A DNA stretch of 64,000 nt from Polyangiales bacterium (GCA_044229975.1 JBGARZ010000001.1:1-64000), one strand, 5' to 3'; positions 1 through 9,215 are shown, counted from the stretch's first letter. Notes: a model not told the origin generated them from the sequence alone. Numbers and translations are program-made.

Positions 1-140
1 ATCGCCTTGAACTTCGCGCCCTTCGCCTTCGACAGCACCGAGCTGATCGCCGCCGTCAGGGTCGTCTTCCCATGGTCGATGTGACCGATGGTGCCGACGT
101 TGACGTGGGGCTTGCTGCGGCTGAACTTCTCCTTGGCCAT
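1..140 (-). CDS. tuf: Elongation factor Tu, 5' part (runs off window)
   Basis: Reverse strand reads [32 protein letters not shown], the EF-Tu N-terminus with the G1 motif; lies downstream of the Thr-Tyr-Gly-Thr tRNA cluster. Confidence 0.98.
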   Translation of the reverse strand, partial: MAKEKFSRSKPHVNVGTIGHIDHGKTTLTAAISSVLSKAKGAKFKA

Positions 141-190
141 GACTCTTCAGACCTCCGACAGGACCGCACTGTCGGCGGTCGTGGAACCGG

Positions 191-263
191 AGCTCACCAT
201 CGGGATTGAACCGACGACCTCGTCCTTACCAAGGACGTGCTCTACCAACTGAGCTAGGTGAGC
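191..263 (-). tRNA. tRNA-Thr(GGT)
   Basis: GCTCACCTAGCTCAGTTGGTAGAGC...GTCCTT GGT AAGGAC...GGTTCAATCC...GGTGAGCT cloverleaf. Confidence 0.95.
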
Positions 264-295
264 GAACAACGAACCAGAAAACCAACGATAACCAG

Positions 296-368
296 AGCGG
301 GAAACGGGATTCGAACCCGCGACAATCAGTTTGGAAAACTGAGGCTCTACCAACTGAGCTATTCCCGC
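296..368 (-). tRNA. tRNA-Gly(TCC)
   Basis: GCGGGAATAGCTCAGTTGGTAGAGC...TCAGT TT TCC AA ACTGA...GGTTCGAATCC...TTCCCGCT. Confidence 0.95.
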
Positions 369-375
369 GTCAGGG

Positions 376-458
376 TGGAGGGTGATGGATTTGAACCATC
401 GTAGGTGTGAACCGGCAGATTTACAGTCTGCTCCCTTTGGCCGCTCGGGCAACCCTCC
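376..458 (-). tRNA. tRNA-Tyr(GTA)
   Basis: GGAGGGTTGCCCGAGCGGCCAAAGGG..GCAGA CT GTA AA TCTGC, long variable arm, GGTTCAAATCC. Confidence 0.95.
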
Positions 459-522
459 GACAACTCAGCACTTCAAAGAACTCTATCCCTCACAACCCCT
501 CACCGTGGCACCCCGTTGAAGA

Positions 523-594
523 GGCTGGCGATGGGAGTTGAACCCACAACCCCTGGTTTACAAAACCAGTGCTCTGCCATTGAGCTACGCCAGC
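523..594 (-). tRNA. tRNA-Thr(TGT)
   Basis: GCTGGCGTAGCTCAATGGCAGAGC..CTGGT TT TGT AA ACCAG..GGTTCAACTCC..CGCCAGC. Confidence 0.95.
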
Positions 595-614
595 GCCGGA
601 TCGTGAGGCCGCGC

Positions 615-643
615 TGTATACACGGTCTCGCCATCCGTCGCAA
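615..643 (-). promoter_or_regulatory. Sigma70-type promoter of the tRNA-tuf operon
   Basis: TTGCGA-17 nt-TATACA followed by GC-rich discriminator GCGCGGCC, 20 nt before tRNA-Thr; a second candidate TTGACA-18-TAAGAC at 687-716. Confidence 0.55.
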
Positions 644-712
644 GACAGCAATCGCCCTACGAAACAGAGCCGAGTCAGGGAGCGGCGTCTTACCCCCATG
701 CCTCGACCGGTG

Positions 713-1795
713 TCAAGGCCGAGCGATCACCACCGCGCGCAGTCGCTCCACGGCCTCGTCCGCACGGCGCACCCACTCGTTGCTCGTGATGCCGATGCGG
801 CGCGCCATCGTGAGCGTCGCCTCCCAGCTCCGCAGCGCCCCCTGGAGCAACGGTCGCAGCCGCTCGGCCGTGCGCTCGCGGTACACCCGGCGCTGCGCGT
901 CGTCCCAGTCCGTCGGCGTCGGCGCGTCGACGATGGTGTCGTAGAGGTCGCGGTACATCTCGCCGATGCGAAACCCCGCCGCCGCGGCCCAGTCGGGGTG
1001 CCCCACCCTGATCGCCTCGTTGAACTGTACGTGCGCCCGCGTCACGAGCTGAACCCGTCGCGTGATGGCCGCCTCCGAGTCGGGCGCCTCGACCACGTAG
1101 CGCACCGCCAGCGCGCGACGCCGCGTGACCTCGGCGAGCACCACCTTCGCCTCCGCCGCGTGCGTGTCGTCGTCGAGCGCGCGAATCGCTTCCGGCGTCG
1201 GCGCGATGCTCGCTGCCTCGTTGGCCTCGCGCTCGGCCTCCTCCAGGTTGCCCTGCGCCAGACGCGCCGACGCGCGCCGCGCCGCGACCTCGACACGCTC
1301 GGTCAGGGTCAGCGGGAGCGAGCGCGTTCGCAGCGCGTCGGTGGCGTCGAGCACCCACGTCGGGTTGGCGCCCGACTCTCCCACTGCCGCGAGACGGAAG
1401 AGCGCGTCGTGGGCCAGCACCGGCTCGGTCGAAACCGCCGCGGATTGCATCGCCGTCGCCGCGTCGGGCCACCGCTGCGCGCGTTGCAGGCACAGCCCGC
1501 GGTTGTACTGCGTGAGCGGGATGATCGACGCCGTCGGAAACTGCGACAGCAGCCGGTCGAACTCGACCAGCGCCTCGGGGCAGTGCTGCTCGCGCATCAG
1601 CGCGATGCCGCGCTCGAAGAGCAGCGTCGCATCGAATGCGTCGCCTTGATTCGATCCCGACGCCCCCACGATGCGGAACTCCTCGCCCTGCGCCGTGCGG
1701 CGCGGCCCGTGGTGCTCCGGAGTGGTCGCGCGTGGCGTCGTCGTGGAAGCGCAGCCGAGCGAGGCGAGCAACACGAGGAGGGCGGTGGTTCGCAT
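713..1795 (-). CDS. TPR-repeat lipoprotein (BamD/YfiO-like helical repeats)
   Basis: Lipobox LASLGC; TPR-like helices (ALVEFDRLLSQFP, QYNRGLCL, AAGFRIGEMY). Confidence 0.7.
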   Translation of the reverse strand: MRTTALLVLLASLGCASTTTPRATTPEHHGPRRTAQGEEFRIVGASGSNQGDAFDATLLFERGIALMREQHCPEALVEFDRLLSQFPTASIIPLTQYNRGLCLQRAQRWPDAATAMQSAAVSTEPVLAHDALFRLAAVGESGANPTWVLDATDALRTRSLPLTLTERVEVAARRASARLAQGNLEEAEREANEAASIAPTPEAIRALDDDTHAAEAKVVLAEVTRRRALAVRYVVEAPDSEAAITRRVQLVTRAHVQFNEAIRVGHPDWAAAAGFRIGEMYRDLYDTIVDAPTPTDWDDAQRRVYRERTAERLRPLLQGALRSWEATLTMARRIGITSNEWVRRADEAVERLRAVVIARP

Positions 1796-1874
1796 CGTCC
1801 GGATGGAGGCCGGCAGGGCCGCGAAGGTTCCCGGGATGTTTCGCATACCGCGCGGAACGTACTACGACCGCCGC

Positions 1875-2804
1875 ATGAGCGACCGATCGGCCGGGCTCCG
1901 CGTCGGCGTCGATGAGAACGGCCTCGGACCGCGGCTCGGCCCGATGATCGTCACCGGTGCGCTGCTCGACGTCGGCACCACCTGGGAGCGCTTCGTTCGT
2001 GCCGCCCAGGCCATCGGCGTCGGTGACAGCAAGGGCCTCTGTGCCCACGGCGCCATGCGCGACGTCGAGGCCACCGTGCTCGCGTTGCTCGACGTTCACC
2101 TCGGGCTTCGCCCGGCAGACTTCGCGGAGCTCTTCGCGTCGCTCAGCCTCGATGACGACACCTCACTCCGCGCGCTCTGCCCCGACGGCGAGGCTCCGCG
2201 CATGTGCTTCGACGCCCCCATCGCCCTCCCCGCGTTTGGCGGCGTCGTGACGTCTGCGCATCGCGCTGGAGCGACCTCGCTCCGAGACGCCGGAGTGACC
2301 GTGCGCGCCGTGAGGTTTGCGAGCGTCTGCAACCGTCGCCTCCATCGCGAGCGCGACCGCGGACGCAGCCGCTTCGACGTCGACCTCGCCCGCATGCTCG
2401 ACCTCGTGCGCGCACTCTGGAAGATCGGCGGCGCCCCGGTCGACGCGGTGTGCGGGAAGGTCGGCGGGCGCAAGCGCTACGCAGACGCGCTCGGTGAGCT
2501 CAGCCCACTCGTCGCCATCGAGGAGGAGACCTCAGGGCGCTCGGCGTACCGCGTCCCGTCGGTGGGTCAGGTTGCCTTTCTTCAGGACGCCGACGCCACC
2601 GATCCTGCGGTGGGCCTGGCCTCGCTGGTGGGCAAATACGTGCGGGAGCTCTCGATGCATCGCATCCACCTCGACCTGCGCGCCCACGTCCCCGATCTCA
2701 CGCCCGCCAGCGGCTATCACGACCCCGTCACCACCCGATACATCGCCGCCACGGCGCTCATGCGGAAGACCCGCGGGGTGCCCGACGACTGCTTCGAGCG
2801 GTAG
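1875..2804 (+). CDS. Ribonuclease HII-like protein (divergent)
   Basis: VGVDENGLGPRLGPM, GDSK, DADAxxPxVxLASLVGKYxRE and SGY motifs. Confidence 0.75.
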   Translation: MSDRSAGLRVGVDENGLGPRLGPMIVTGALLDVGTTWERFVRAAQAIGVGDSKGLCAHGAMRDVEATVLALLDVHLGLRPADFAELFASLSLDDDTSLRALCPDGEAPRMCFDAPIALPAFGGVVTSAHRAGATSLRDAGVTVRAVRFASVCNRRLHRERDRGRSRFDVDLARMLDLVRALWKIGGAPVDAVCGKVGGRKRYADALGELSPLVAIEEETSGRSAYRVPSVGQVAFLQDADATDPAVGLASLVGKYVRELSMHRIHLDLRAHVPDLTPASGYHDPVTTRYIAATALMRKTRGVPDDCFER

Positions 2805-2830
2805 CGTTCTTCGGGGTACTCTCCGTCGCC

Positions 2831-3919
2831 ATGCGCGCCCCATCGCTGCTCGCCCTCACGCTCGCGACCCTCGGCTGCGGATCGACGGTCATCCTCCCGC
2901 CGCCCACCTCCGACGCCGGCGCCACGCCCGCTGATCAGGGCATCGCGCCAGGCGATGCACCTTCGACCGCGGACACGCCAACGACCACCGACGCGCCCGC
3001 GACCGAGTCGCTCAACGGGCGCTGGCGACTGACCCGCTACGAGGTCGACGGCGCCGATGGCACCCGACGCGCGCTCACCGACGTCGACGGCCCCATCCCG
3101 GGAGAGACGAACCTGGGCCGCGCCAACGGCGTGCTCGTGGTCGCCAACGACCGGCTCGCCGCGTCGATCGGGACGCTCATCGCCGGGCACTTCTACACCT
3201 ACGACACGGGCTACTCCGCCAACGGCTTTGGCCTCGCGGGGCTGCTCGATCAGACCACCGGACGCTTCACGCCCGTGGTCGCGCCGATGGGGGTCACCCT
3301 CCAGCGCAACCCCGACGGGACGATGTTCATCACGGGTGACGTCTTCGGCACGTCGCGCCTCACCTTCGCGCGCGCGCCGATCACCACCGTCGTCGATCGC
3401 ATCTCCACCACCGGGCTCGCGATGATTCGCGAGATGATGCCCGGCGTCACCCTCACCAACCTCCGCGTGGCCCTCTTCTGGGACCTCGTCGGCGCCGTCC
3501 CCGACGTCGAGACCAACGGCGTCGCCGTGCGCTTCACCGGCCGCTTCGCCACGTACCCCGTCGTGCTCGCGGGGCCGCCGCCCGAGGCCGTGCGCGCCCG
3601 CTTCGGCGGCGCCAGCGTCGCCCTCGCGCGCATCGCGCTCTACATCGATCAGGACGGCAGCCTGACCTTCGATCGCACGATGGACCGTGCCGTCGCCATC
3701 TCCCCGGTGGGCATCGCGTGGCGCGACGACGCGGCAGGCGACATGAGCGCGACCCCGGTGCGCGACCTCACGCCGGGATACCAGTACGTGCACATCCATG
3801 GTGATCCGGGTCTCCAGCGAGCCGCCGTCACGCCGTACGACAACGCCAATCTCGTCTCGCCCGACCTCCCGGTGTACCTCTCGATGTCGTCCATCCCGGT
3901 CATCCCCGACGTGCTCTGA
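2831..3919 (+). CDS. Hypothetical lipoprotein
   Basis: Lipobox LATLGC, Pro/Thr/Asp linker, beta-rich domains (LNGRWRL lipocalin-like start). Confidence 0.7.
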   Translation: MRAPSLLALTLATLGCGSTVILPPPTSDAGATPADQGIAPGDAPSTADTPTTTDAPATESLNGRWRLTRYEVDGADGTRRALTDVDGPIPGETNLGRANGVLVVANDRLAASIGTLIAGHFYTYDTGYSANGFGLAGLLDQTTGRFTPVVAPMGVTLQRNPDGTMFITGDVFGTSRLTFARAPITTVVDRISTTGLAMIREMMPGVTLTNLRVALFWDLVGAVPDVETNGVAVRFTGRFATYPVVLAGPPPEAVRARFGGASVALARIALYIDQDGSLTFDRTMDRAVAISPVGIAWRDDAAGDMSATPVRDLTPGYQYVHIHGDPGLQRAAVTPYDNANLVSPDLPVYLSMSSIPVIPDVL

Positions 3920-3921
3920 GG

Positions 3922-4659
3922 GTGCGCGTGGAAGGGGCATCGAGCGGGCGGCGGTTTGTCCCGGTGTGGCTCGGGCGCGTGCCCTATCGCGACGCGCACG
4001 CCCTCCAGGCGAGGCTCGTCGAGCGACGTACAGCGAAGGAGATTCCCGACACGCTCCTGCTGCTCGAACACCCCTCCGTCGTGACCCTCGGGCGCTCGGC
4101 CCATGGTGAAAATGTTCTCTTCACGGCCGACGCCCTCCAGGCGCGCGGCGTCGATCTCGTGGAGACCGAGCGCGGTGGTGACGTCACCTTCCACGGGCCC
4201 GGTCAGCTCGTGGCGTACCCCATCTTCGACCTCGCGCCCGACCGCCAGGACGTGCGCCGCTATGTGCGTGACCTCGTGCGGGTGATGTCCCTTCTGTGCG
4301 CCGACCACGGCCTCGGCGTGGGCCCACGCGACGACCTCATCGGCGCATGGATCGACCTCGAATCGCCGCACCAATGGCCCGGTCAGGAGCACAACCACGC
4401 GCCCGCGAAGATCGGCGCCATCGGCGTGAAGATCTCCCGCTGGGTCACCATGCACGGCTTCGCCCTCAACGCGACGACTGCGCTCGCAGACTTCGGGGTG
4501 ATCGTGCCGTGCGGCATCGCGCAGCATCCGGTGACGTCGCTGGAGGCGATGGGGGTGGAAGGGGTTCCGACGGTGGAGGCGCTGGCGCGGAGGGCCGTGA
4601 CGCACTTCGAGACGGTCTTCGGTGCCACCGCCGAAGCGATGGTCACCGAAGCGCCATAG
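3922..4659 (+). CDS. lipB: Lipoyl(octanoyl) transferase
   Basis: LLLEHPSVVTLGR, RGGDVTFHGPGQLVAYP, KIGAIG, HGFALN, IVPCG. Confidence 0.95.
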   Translation: MRVEGASSGRRFVPVWLGRVPYRDAHALQARLVERRTAKEIPDTLLLLEHPSVVTLGRSAHGENVLFTADALQARGVDLVETERGGDVTFHGPGQLVAYPIFDLAPDRQDVRRYVRDLVRVMSLLCADHGLGVGPRDDLIGAWIDLESPHQWPGQEHNHAPAKIGAIGVKISRWVTMHGFALNATTALADFGVIVPCGIAQHPVTSLEAMGVEGVPTVEALARRAVTHFETVFGATAEAMVTEAP

Positions 4660-4683
4660 CCAGCGCAGCGCTGTAGCGCCGGG

Positions 4684-7302
4684 TCAGTCTTCGATCATGT
4701 AGCGCGGCAGGATCGTCGACGGAACGCCCGTCGAGACCACCCAGAGCTGATGCGCGGCGCGCGTGGCGCCGATGTGCAGGAGGTGTCGCGACTCGTCGTC
4801 CTCGGGGTACTGCGAGCGCGTCACGTCGATGAGGATCACGTAGTCGAACTCCAACCCCTTCACCTGGCGGATGTCGGTGACCTCGACGCCCGGCTTGAAG
4901 GAGAAGTCCTGGTCGCGCACCCGCGCCAGCCGCGGAACCTCTGCCTTGAACAGGCCCTGGTAGTAGATCTCCGCGCGCTCGGGGTCGCGCGCGATGACCG
5001 CGACGTTGGCCCGCGGCTCCTGGAGCGACAGCTCGCGCAGCGCCTCCGCGAGGAAGGCAACCGCGGCCCCCACCTCGTTGAACCCGTGGAACTCCACCGG
5101 CGCACCGTGCCGCGTCGCGAGCGGCGGCTCCGCGTCGGCGAGGTGGCCGAGGATGTCGCGTGCAAAGGCCAGCACCTCCAGCGTCGAGCGGTAGCCGATG
5201 CGCAGCGGCTCCACCTGCACGCTCTGCAACCCGAGGTCGGACAGCACGCCCGACCAGTCGGAGAAGCCGTTGTCCATGTGCAGGCGCTGCGCGGTGTCGC
5301 CCGCCAGCGTCACGGACATGTCCTCCGAGGCGACGCCGAGCAGCACCGAGAGCTCGACCGGCGAGAGGTCCTGCGCCTCGTCGACGAAGAGGTGCTCGAA
5401 CTTCAACGGCTGCTTCGACGGACCACGCAGTGGGCCGCGCTTCACCTGGTAGAGCCGCAGCAGCAGCGCCTCGTCCTCGACGTCGATGGCGTCGTCGGCC
5501 TCGTCTTCCATCGCGCCGTCGGCCCCGCGCCGCGGGTCGACCTCGCCGCTGCCGCCGCGACGCTCGCCGTTGTTGTCATCGTCGTCGTGCGCCGCGCTCA
5601 CCTCGCGCTCGACCTTCAGCGAGTCCTCGACGGCGCCCCAGCCCATGTCCTCCGGCTCGGTCTCCTCTTCGCCGAAGCGCCCGCGCTCGGCGCGCTCGAC
5701 GTGCTCGCTGCGCTCCGCGCGGTCTTTGCCGCCGCCCTTGCGCCGCGCCTTGCGGCCGCCGTCGCCCTTGGGCTCGTCGTCGTCCTCGCTCGTGGTGTCG
5801 GCCACCACCCAGCGCGTGCAGCGCTCGGTGCTCCACCGCACGGCCACCGCCAGGTCGTTTTCGGTGAACACCCCCGGCGCCCAGCGCTCGGCCGCGCCCT
5901 TCAGCGCCTTGTAGTCCGTGATGAGCTCGGCCCAGTCCCACACCACGTCGCGTGCGCGGCGCATCCACGGATCCATCGTCCGCTGGAGGTCCATCTGCAC
6001 GCGCGACCCGAGGTCGGCGCCGCTCGAACCACCCAGCTCGCGCTCGCCGCGCATCCACTGTCCGAGGCCCGTCAGCCGTCGCGACAGCGCGTTGCCGTCG
6101 AGGGCCTTCCACGCCTTCGCCACCCGCTCGCCGATGCCGTTGCGCTCGCCGGTCGCCAGCACCGCGGCCTTCGCCTTCTGCTCCTCGATGGCGATGCGCT
6201 CGTCGATGAGCTTCAGCATCATCGGGTGCTTCTTCACCCGCGACACCACCGGCGGCGTGTCGTCGCGGTTCTCCGACGGAACCTTCGCGAAGTGCTTGCG
6301 CCGCTGCTGGTGAACCCACTCCTCGTAGGTGGTCACGAGCACGCCTTCGACGCCGAGGCTCGGCAGGACGCGCACGATGTACCGGGCCAGCGCGCGGTTG
6401 AACACCACGACCATCATCCGGTCGGGCGCGAAGCGCTTGGGGTTGTTGAAGGCCAGGTAGGCCATGCGGTGCAGGCCGATGGTGGTCTTGCCCGAACCCG
6501 CGCCGCCCTGGATGACCGCGAGCCCCGACGACGGCCGAGTGATGAGCTCGAACTGCCGCGGGTCGATGAGCGACGGAATCTCCGGCAGGTGCCGGTCTTC
6601 GCGCCCGTCGACGCCGACGCCCAGCTTGCCCTTCGACTTCGCCGCCTCACGACGCTCGTCCTCGGTGGGCGGGCGCACCGCGCTCATCTGGCCGCCCTGG
6701 AGCTTCGCGGCGTGGACGGTCGCGCGCTGCCACCCCTCCTTGCTGTTGAAGAACACCCCCTGCGGCGCGACCACCCGCTTCAGCGCGCCGCCGCGGATGA
6801 CCACCGCGCGGCGCACCGACACGACGCCCTCCAGCGTCTTGCCGCCGAACTCCTCCTCGTAGTCGTCGCCCTCCTGGTAGCGATAGTAGATCCGCGAGAC
6901 CGGGGCGTCGCGCCAGTCGACGATGCGGACACCGCGCTCGGTGTCGACGTAGGTGCTGTTGCCGATGAGCACGTCGCGGCTGCGACCGCCCTCGACCAGG
7001 CGCATGTGACCGAAGTAGGGGTTGCCCTCGTCGACCTTGCCCACCGGAACCTCGGCGCGACGCGTGGCCACGCCGCGGAGGCGTTCCATCTCTGCCATGA
7101 GCGCGGGCAGGTCTTCGTTGCGCGCGTCGCCGATGAGGTCGCGGAGCTCGACCATCTCGCGGTCGTAGTTGGTCTGGTAGGTGACCGGCACTGACGCCAG
7201 GTTCTCCACGCAGCGCTTGAGGATCTTCTCCTCCTCGGCGACGATGGTGCGGAGCTCTTTGTCAGCGGAGGGGTCCGCGCCCTTGGAAACGGGGTCGGTC
7301 AT
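4684..7302 (-). CDS. HelD-like SF1 ATPase (RNA polymerase recycling factor / UvrD-like)
   Basis: N-terminal PYFGH and IVDWRDAP; Walker A QGGAGSGKTT..LHR; VDEAQD; GDTAQ; YRST; KGLEFD; TRA. Confidence 0.8.
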   Translation of the reverse strand: MTDPVSKGADPSADKELRTIVAEEEKILKRCVENLASVPVTYQTNYDREMVELRDLIGDARNEDLPALMAEMERLRGVATRRAEVPVGKVDEGNPYFGHMRLVEGGRSRDVLIGNSTYVDTERGVRIVDWRDAPVSRIYYRYQEGDDYEEEFGGKTLEGVVSVRRAVVIRGGALKRVVAPQGVFFNSKEGWQRATVHAAKLQGGQMSAVRPPTEDERREAAKSKGKLGVGVDGREDRHLPEIPSLIDPRQFELITRPSSGLAVIQGGAGSGKTTIGLHRMAYLAFNNPKRFAPDRMMVVVFNRALARYIVRVLPSLGVEGVLVTTYEEWVHQQRRKHFAKVPSENRDDTPPVVSRVKKHPMMLKLIDERIAIEEQKAKAAVLATGERNGIGERVAKAWKALDGNALSRRLTGLGQWMRGERELGGSSGADLGSRVQMDLQRTMDPWMRRARDVVWDWAELITDYKALKGAAERWAPGVFTENDLAVAVRWSTERCTRWVVADTTSEDDDEPKGDGGRKARRKGGGKDRAERSEHVERAERGRFGEEETEPEDMGWGAVEDSLKVEREVSAAHDDDDNNGERRGGSGEVDPRRGADGAMEDEADDAIDVEDEALLLRLYQVKRGPLRGPSKQPLKFEHLFVDEAQDLSPVELSVLLGVASEDMSVTLAGDTAQRLHMDNGFSDWSGVLSDLGLQSVQVEPLRIGYRSTLEVLAFARDILGHLADAEPPLATRHGAPVEFHGFNEVGAAVAFLAEALRELSLQEPRANVAVIARDPERAEIYYQGLFKAEVPRLARVRDQDFSFKPGVEVTDIRQVKGLEFDYVILIDVTRSQYPEDDESRHLLHIGATRAAHQLWVVSTGVPSTILPRYMIED

Positions 7303-7315
7303 GGGGTCGGGCGTA

Positions 7316-7870
7316 CTACCCCCTTTCGCCCGCCGTTGCCACCGCCTCGCGGGCGGTCTTCGCGGCAGCCTTCGCCTCGGCCTTCGCCCGGTCGGCGGCC
7401 TCGCGCTCGGTGCCCAGGTACGGCTCGCGCGTGCCCATCACGTGGTCGAAGAACGGAAAGCTCACGCACCAATTGGCGTGCTGGTTGGGACCCATGTGGT
7501 GGTCGTAGTGCCAGGGCAGGTGCTCGCGCGCCCACTGCGGGTCGCGGTGCGCGCGCTTGTGGACGCGGTAGTAGTTCCAGTGGCTGAGCACGCAGCCCGC
7601 GGCGAACCACGGGTAGCGCTTGGCCAGCGGCAGGTGCACCAGCGTCGCGAACACCAGCCCCAGCGCCTCCTTCCCCTGCCCGTGCCAGCCGAACACCGAG
7701 CGCGCGTACTGGTGGTCGCCCATGCCCTCGCGCCGCGCGTGCTTGTGGTGGTCGTGCCAGTGGAAGCTCCAGAAGTTGCTGCGGTCCTTCCCCTGACCGT
7801 GCAGCACGTACTTGTGGATCACCCACTCCCACGCGTTGCTGTACAAGATCCCGAGCGGAAGTCCGATCAT
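7316..7870 (-). CDS. Sterol desaturase / fatty acid hydroxylase family protein
   Basis: His boxes EWVIHKYVLH, HWHDHH, YYRVHKRAH, HYDHH. Confidence 0.85.
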   Translation of the reverse strand: MIGLPLGILYSNAWEWVIHKYVLHGQGKDRSNFWSFHWHDHHKHARREGMGDHQYARSVFGWHGQGKEALGLVFATLVHLPLAKRYPWFAAGCVLSHWNYYRVHKRAHRDPQWAREHLPWHYDHHMGPNQHANWCVSFPFFDHVMGTREPYLGTEREAADRAKAEAKAAAKTAREAVATAGERG

Positions 7871-7902
7871 CGCCGCCTCCCTTCAACCGTCGTCACAAAA
7901 AC

Positions 7903-7920
7903 CATGACCGTTCAGTCATG
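7903..7920. promoter_or_regulatory. Probable TetR operator
   Basis: Palindrome CATGAC-N6-GTCATG in the 73-bp gap between the divergent desaturase and TetR genes. Confidence 0.65.
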
Positions 7921-7943
7921 TTATTGAGGGACCCGGCCCCCTG

Positions 7944-8639
7944 ATGTCAAGCGCCCGCAAGAAGTCACCCGCGGTGCGTCCGCGGAAGACCCCGTCCACG
8001 CGTCCGGGCCCCGAAGGCGGAGCGCGCGACGCCAACCGTAAAGCCCGCACCCAGGCCATCGCTCGCGCCGCGTTGGAGCTGTTTCTCCAGCGCGGGGTGG
8101 AGGCCGTCTCGGTCGACGACGTGGTGCGACGCGCGCGCGTCGCCAAGGGGAGCTTCTACACGTACTTCCGCGACCAGTCGGAGGTGGTCGACGCGCTCGT
8201 CGAGCCCGTGCGCGACGCCGTCCGTGGGGCGCTCGATCGATGTGACGCCGCGCTCCGCGAAGCGCGCGACCACGGGGCGCTGCTCGGCGCGTATCAGACA
8301 CTGGGCGTCGAGCTGTCGACGGCGGTGCTCGCGCACCCCGACGTCACGCGGCTCTACCTTCAGGAGCGACGCGCGCCCAACCACGGACCGCGTGCTCCCC
8401 TCGCCCGCCTCGCGGCCGAGATCGACGTGCGCGCCGTCACGCTCACCGAGGCTGCGCACGTGCATCGGATGCTCAAGCCGCTGGAGCCGAAGGTCACCGC
8501 GGCGACGGTCGTGGGCGCGGTCGAACACCTGCTGCACCGCGCGCTATCGGGCGCCGATCTCGGGCCGCCGGATGCCATTCCGGAGGTGTTGTTGCGACTG
8601 GTGCTGGAGGGTGTGGGCGTTCCGCCGCCGTCCGCGTGA
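7944..8639 (+). CDS. TetR/AcrR family transcriptional regulator
   Basis: AALELFLQRGVEAVSVDDVVRRARVAKGSFYTYF helix-turn-helix. Confidence 0.92.
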   Translation: MSSARKKSPAVRPRKTPSTRPGPEGGARDANRKARTQAIARAALELFLQRGVEAVSVDDVVRRARVAKGSFYTYFRDQSEVVDALVEPVRDAVRGALDRCDAALREARDHGALLGAYQTLGVELSTAVLAHPDVTRLYLQERRAPNHGPRAPLARLAAEIDVRAVTLTEAAHVHRMLKPLEPKVTAATVVGAVEHLLHRALSGADLGPPDAIPEVLLRLVLEGVGVPPPSA

Positions 8640-8758
8640 GACCTGATGGTTGACCCCATCTTCATCTCGCTGATGGGCGCCCAGGCCGGGGTTGGTCGCG
8701 TCCCGCGCCTGCACCGCCGGGCAAGCGAACGCCCACGCGATGTGCATCAGACCCGTCG

Positions 8759-8902
8759 GGGGCCCACGCCGCAGCGTCAGCGCGGCGCGCATCCGCGACG
8801 CACGCAGTCGAGTGCCGTCGCCCCGCGCGCCTCGACAGGTCGTTCGACCGCTGGCTGCGAACGACCCGTAGCGCGACGCGCTGACGCTGCGGCGTGGGCC
8901 CC
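8759..8902. repeat. REPIN/MITE-like inverted repeat doublet (32-bp arms, 1 mismatch)
   Basis: ggggcccacgccgcagcgtcagcgcggcgcgc at 8759-8790 and its reverse complement at 8871-8902; third copy at 37920-37951. Confidence 0.85.
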
Positions 8903-8975
8903 GGTGACTGCGGGCGTCGCGGTCGATTGCATCAGCCCATACCAGGGTACTGCCCCGTTGACGTCTCAACCGACC

Positions 8976-9180
8976 GCGACCCCTGTCGGGACCACCTCGC
9001 GATCGGTTGAGACTGCGTGCGACCCCTGCCGACACCACCTCGCGATCGGTTGAGACTGCGTGCGACCCCTGCCGACACCACCTCGCGATCGGTTGAGACT
9101 GCGTGCGACCCCTGCGGACACCACCTCGCCATCGGTTGAGACTGCGTGCGACCCCTGCGGACACCACCTCGCCATCGATT
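8976..9180. repeat. 43-bp tandem repeat, about 4.7 copies
   Basis: Unit gcgacccctgccgacaccacctcgcgatcggttgagactgcgt starting at 8976, 9019, 9062, 9105, 9148; no unique spacers. Confidence 0.92.
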
Positions 9181-9215
9181 GCGACACGTCTTCGCGCTGG
9201 GGCATCTTCTCGCCC

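Noticed and set aside
147..452. ORFs over the tRNA clusters (also 52339-52964)
   Set aside because: Translations of tRNA genes
8646..9053. 135-aa ORF after TetR
   Set aside because: Runs through the repeat elements, atypical codon usage, no motifs
8976..9180. Possible CRISPR array
   Set aside because: Units are contiguous and near-identical with no unique spacers; no cas genes in the window
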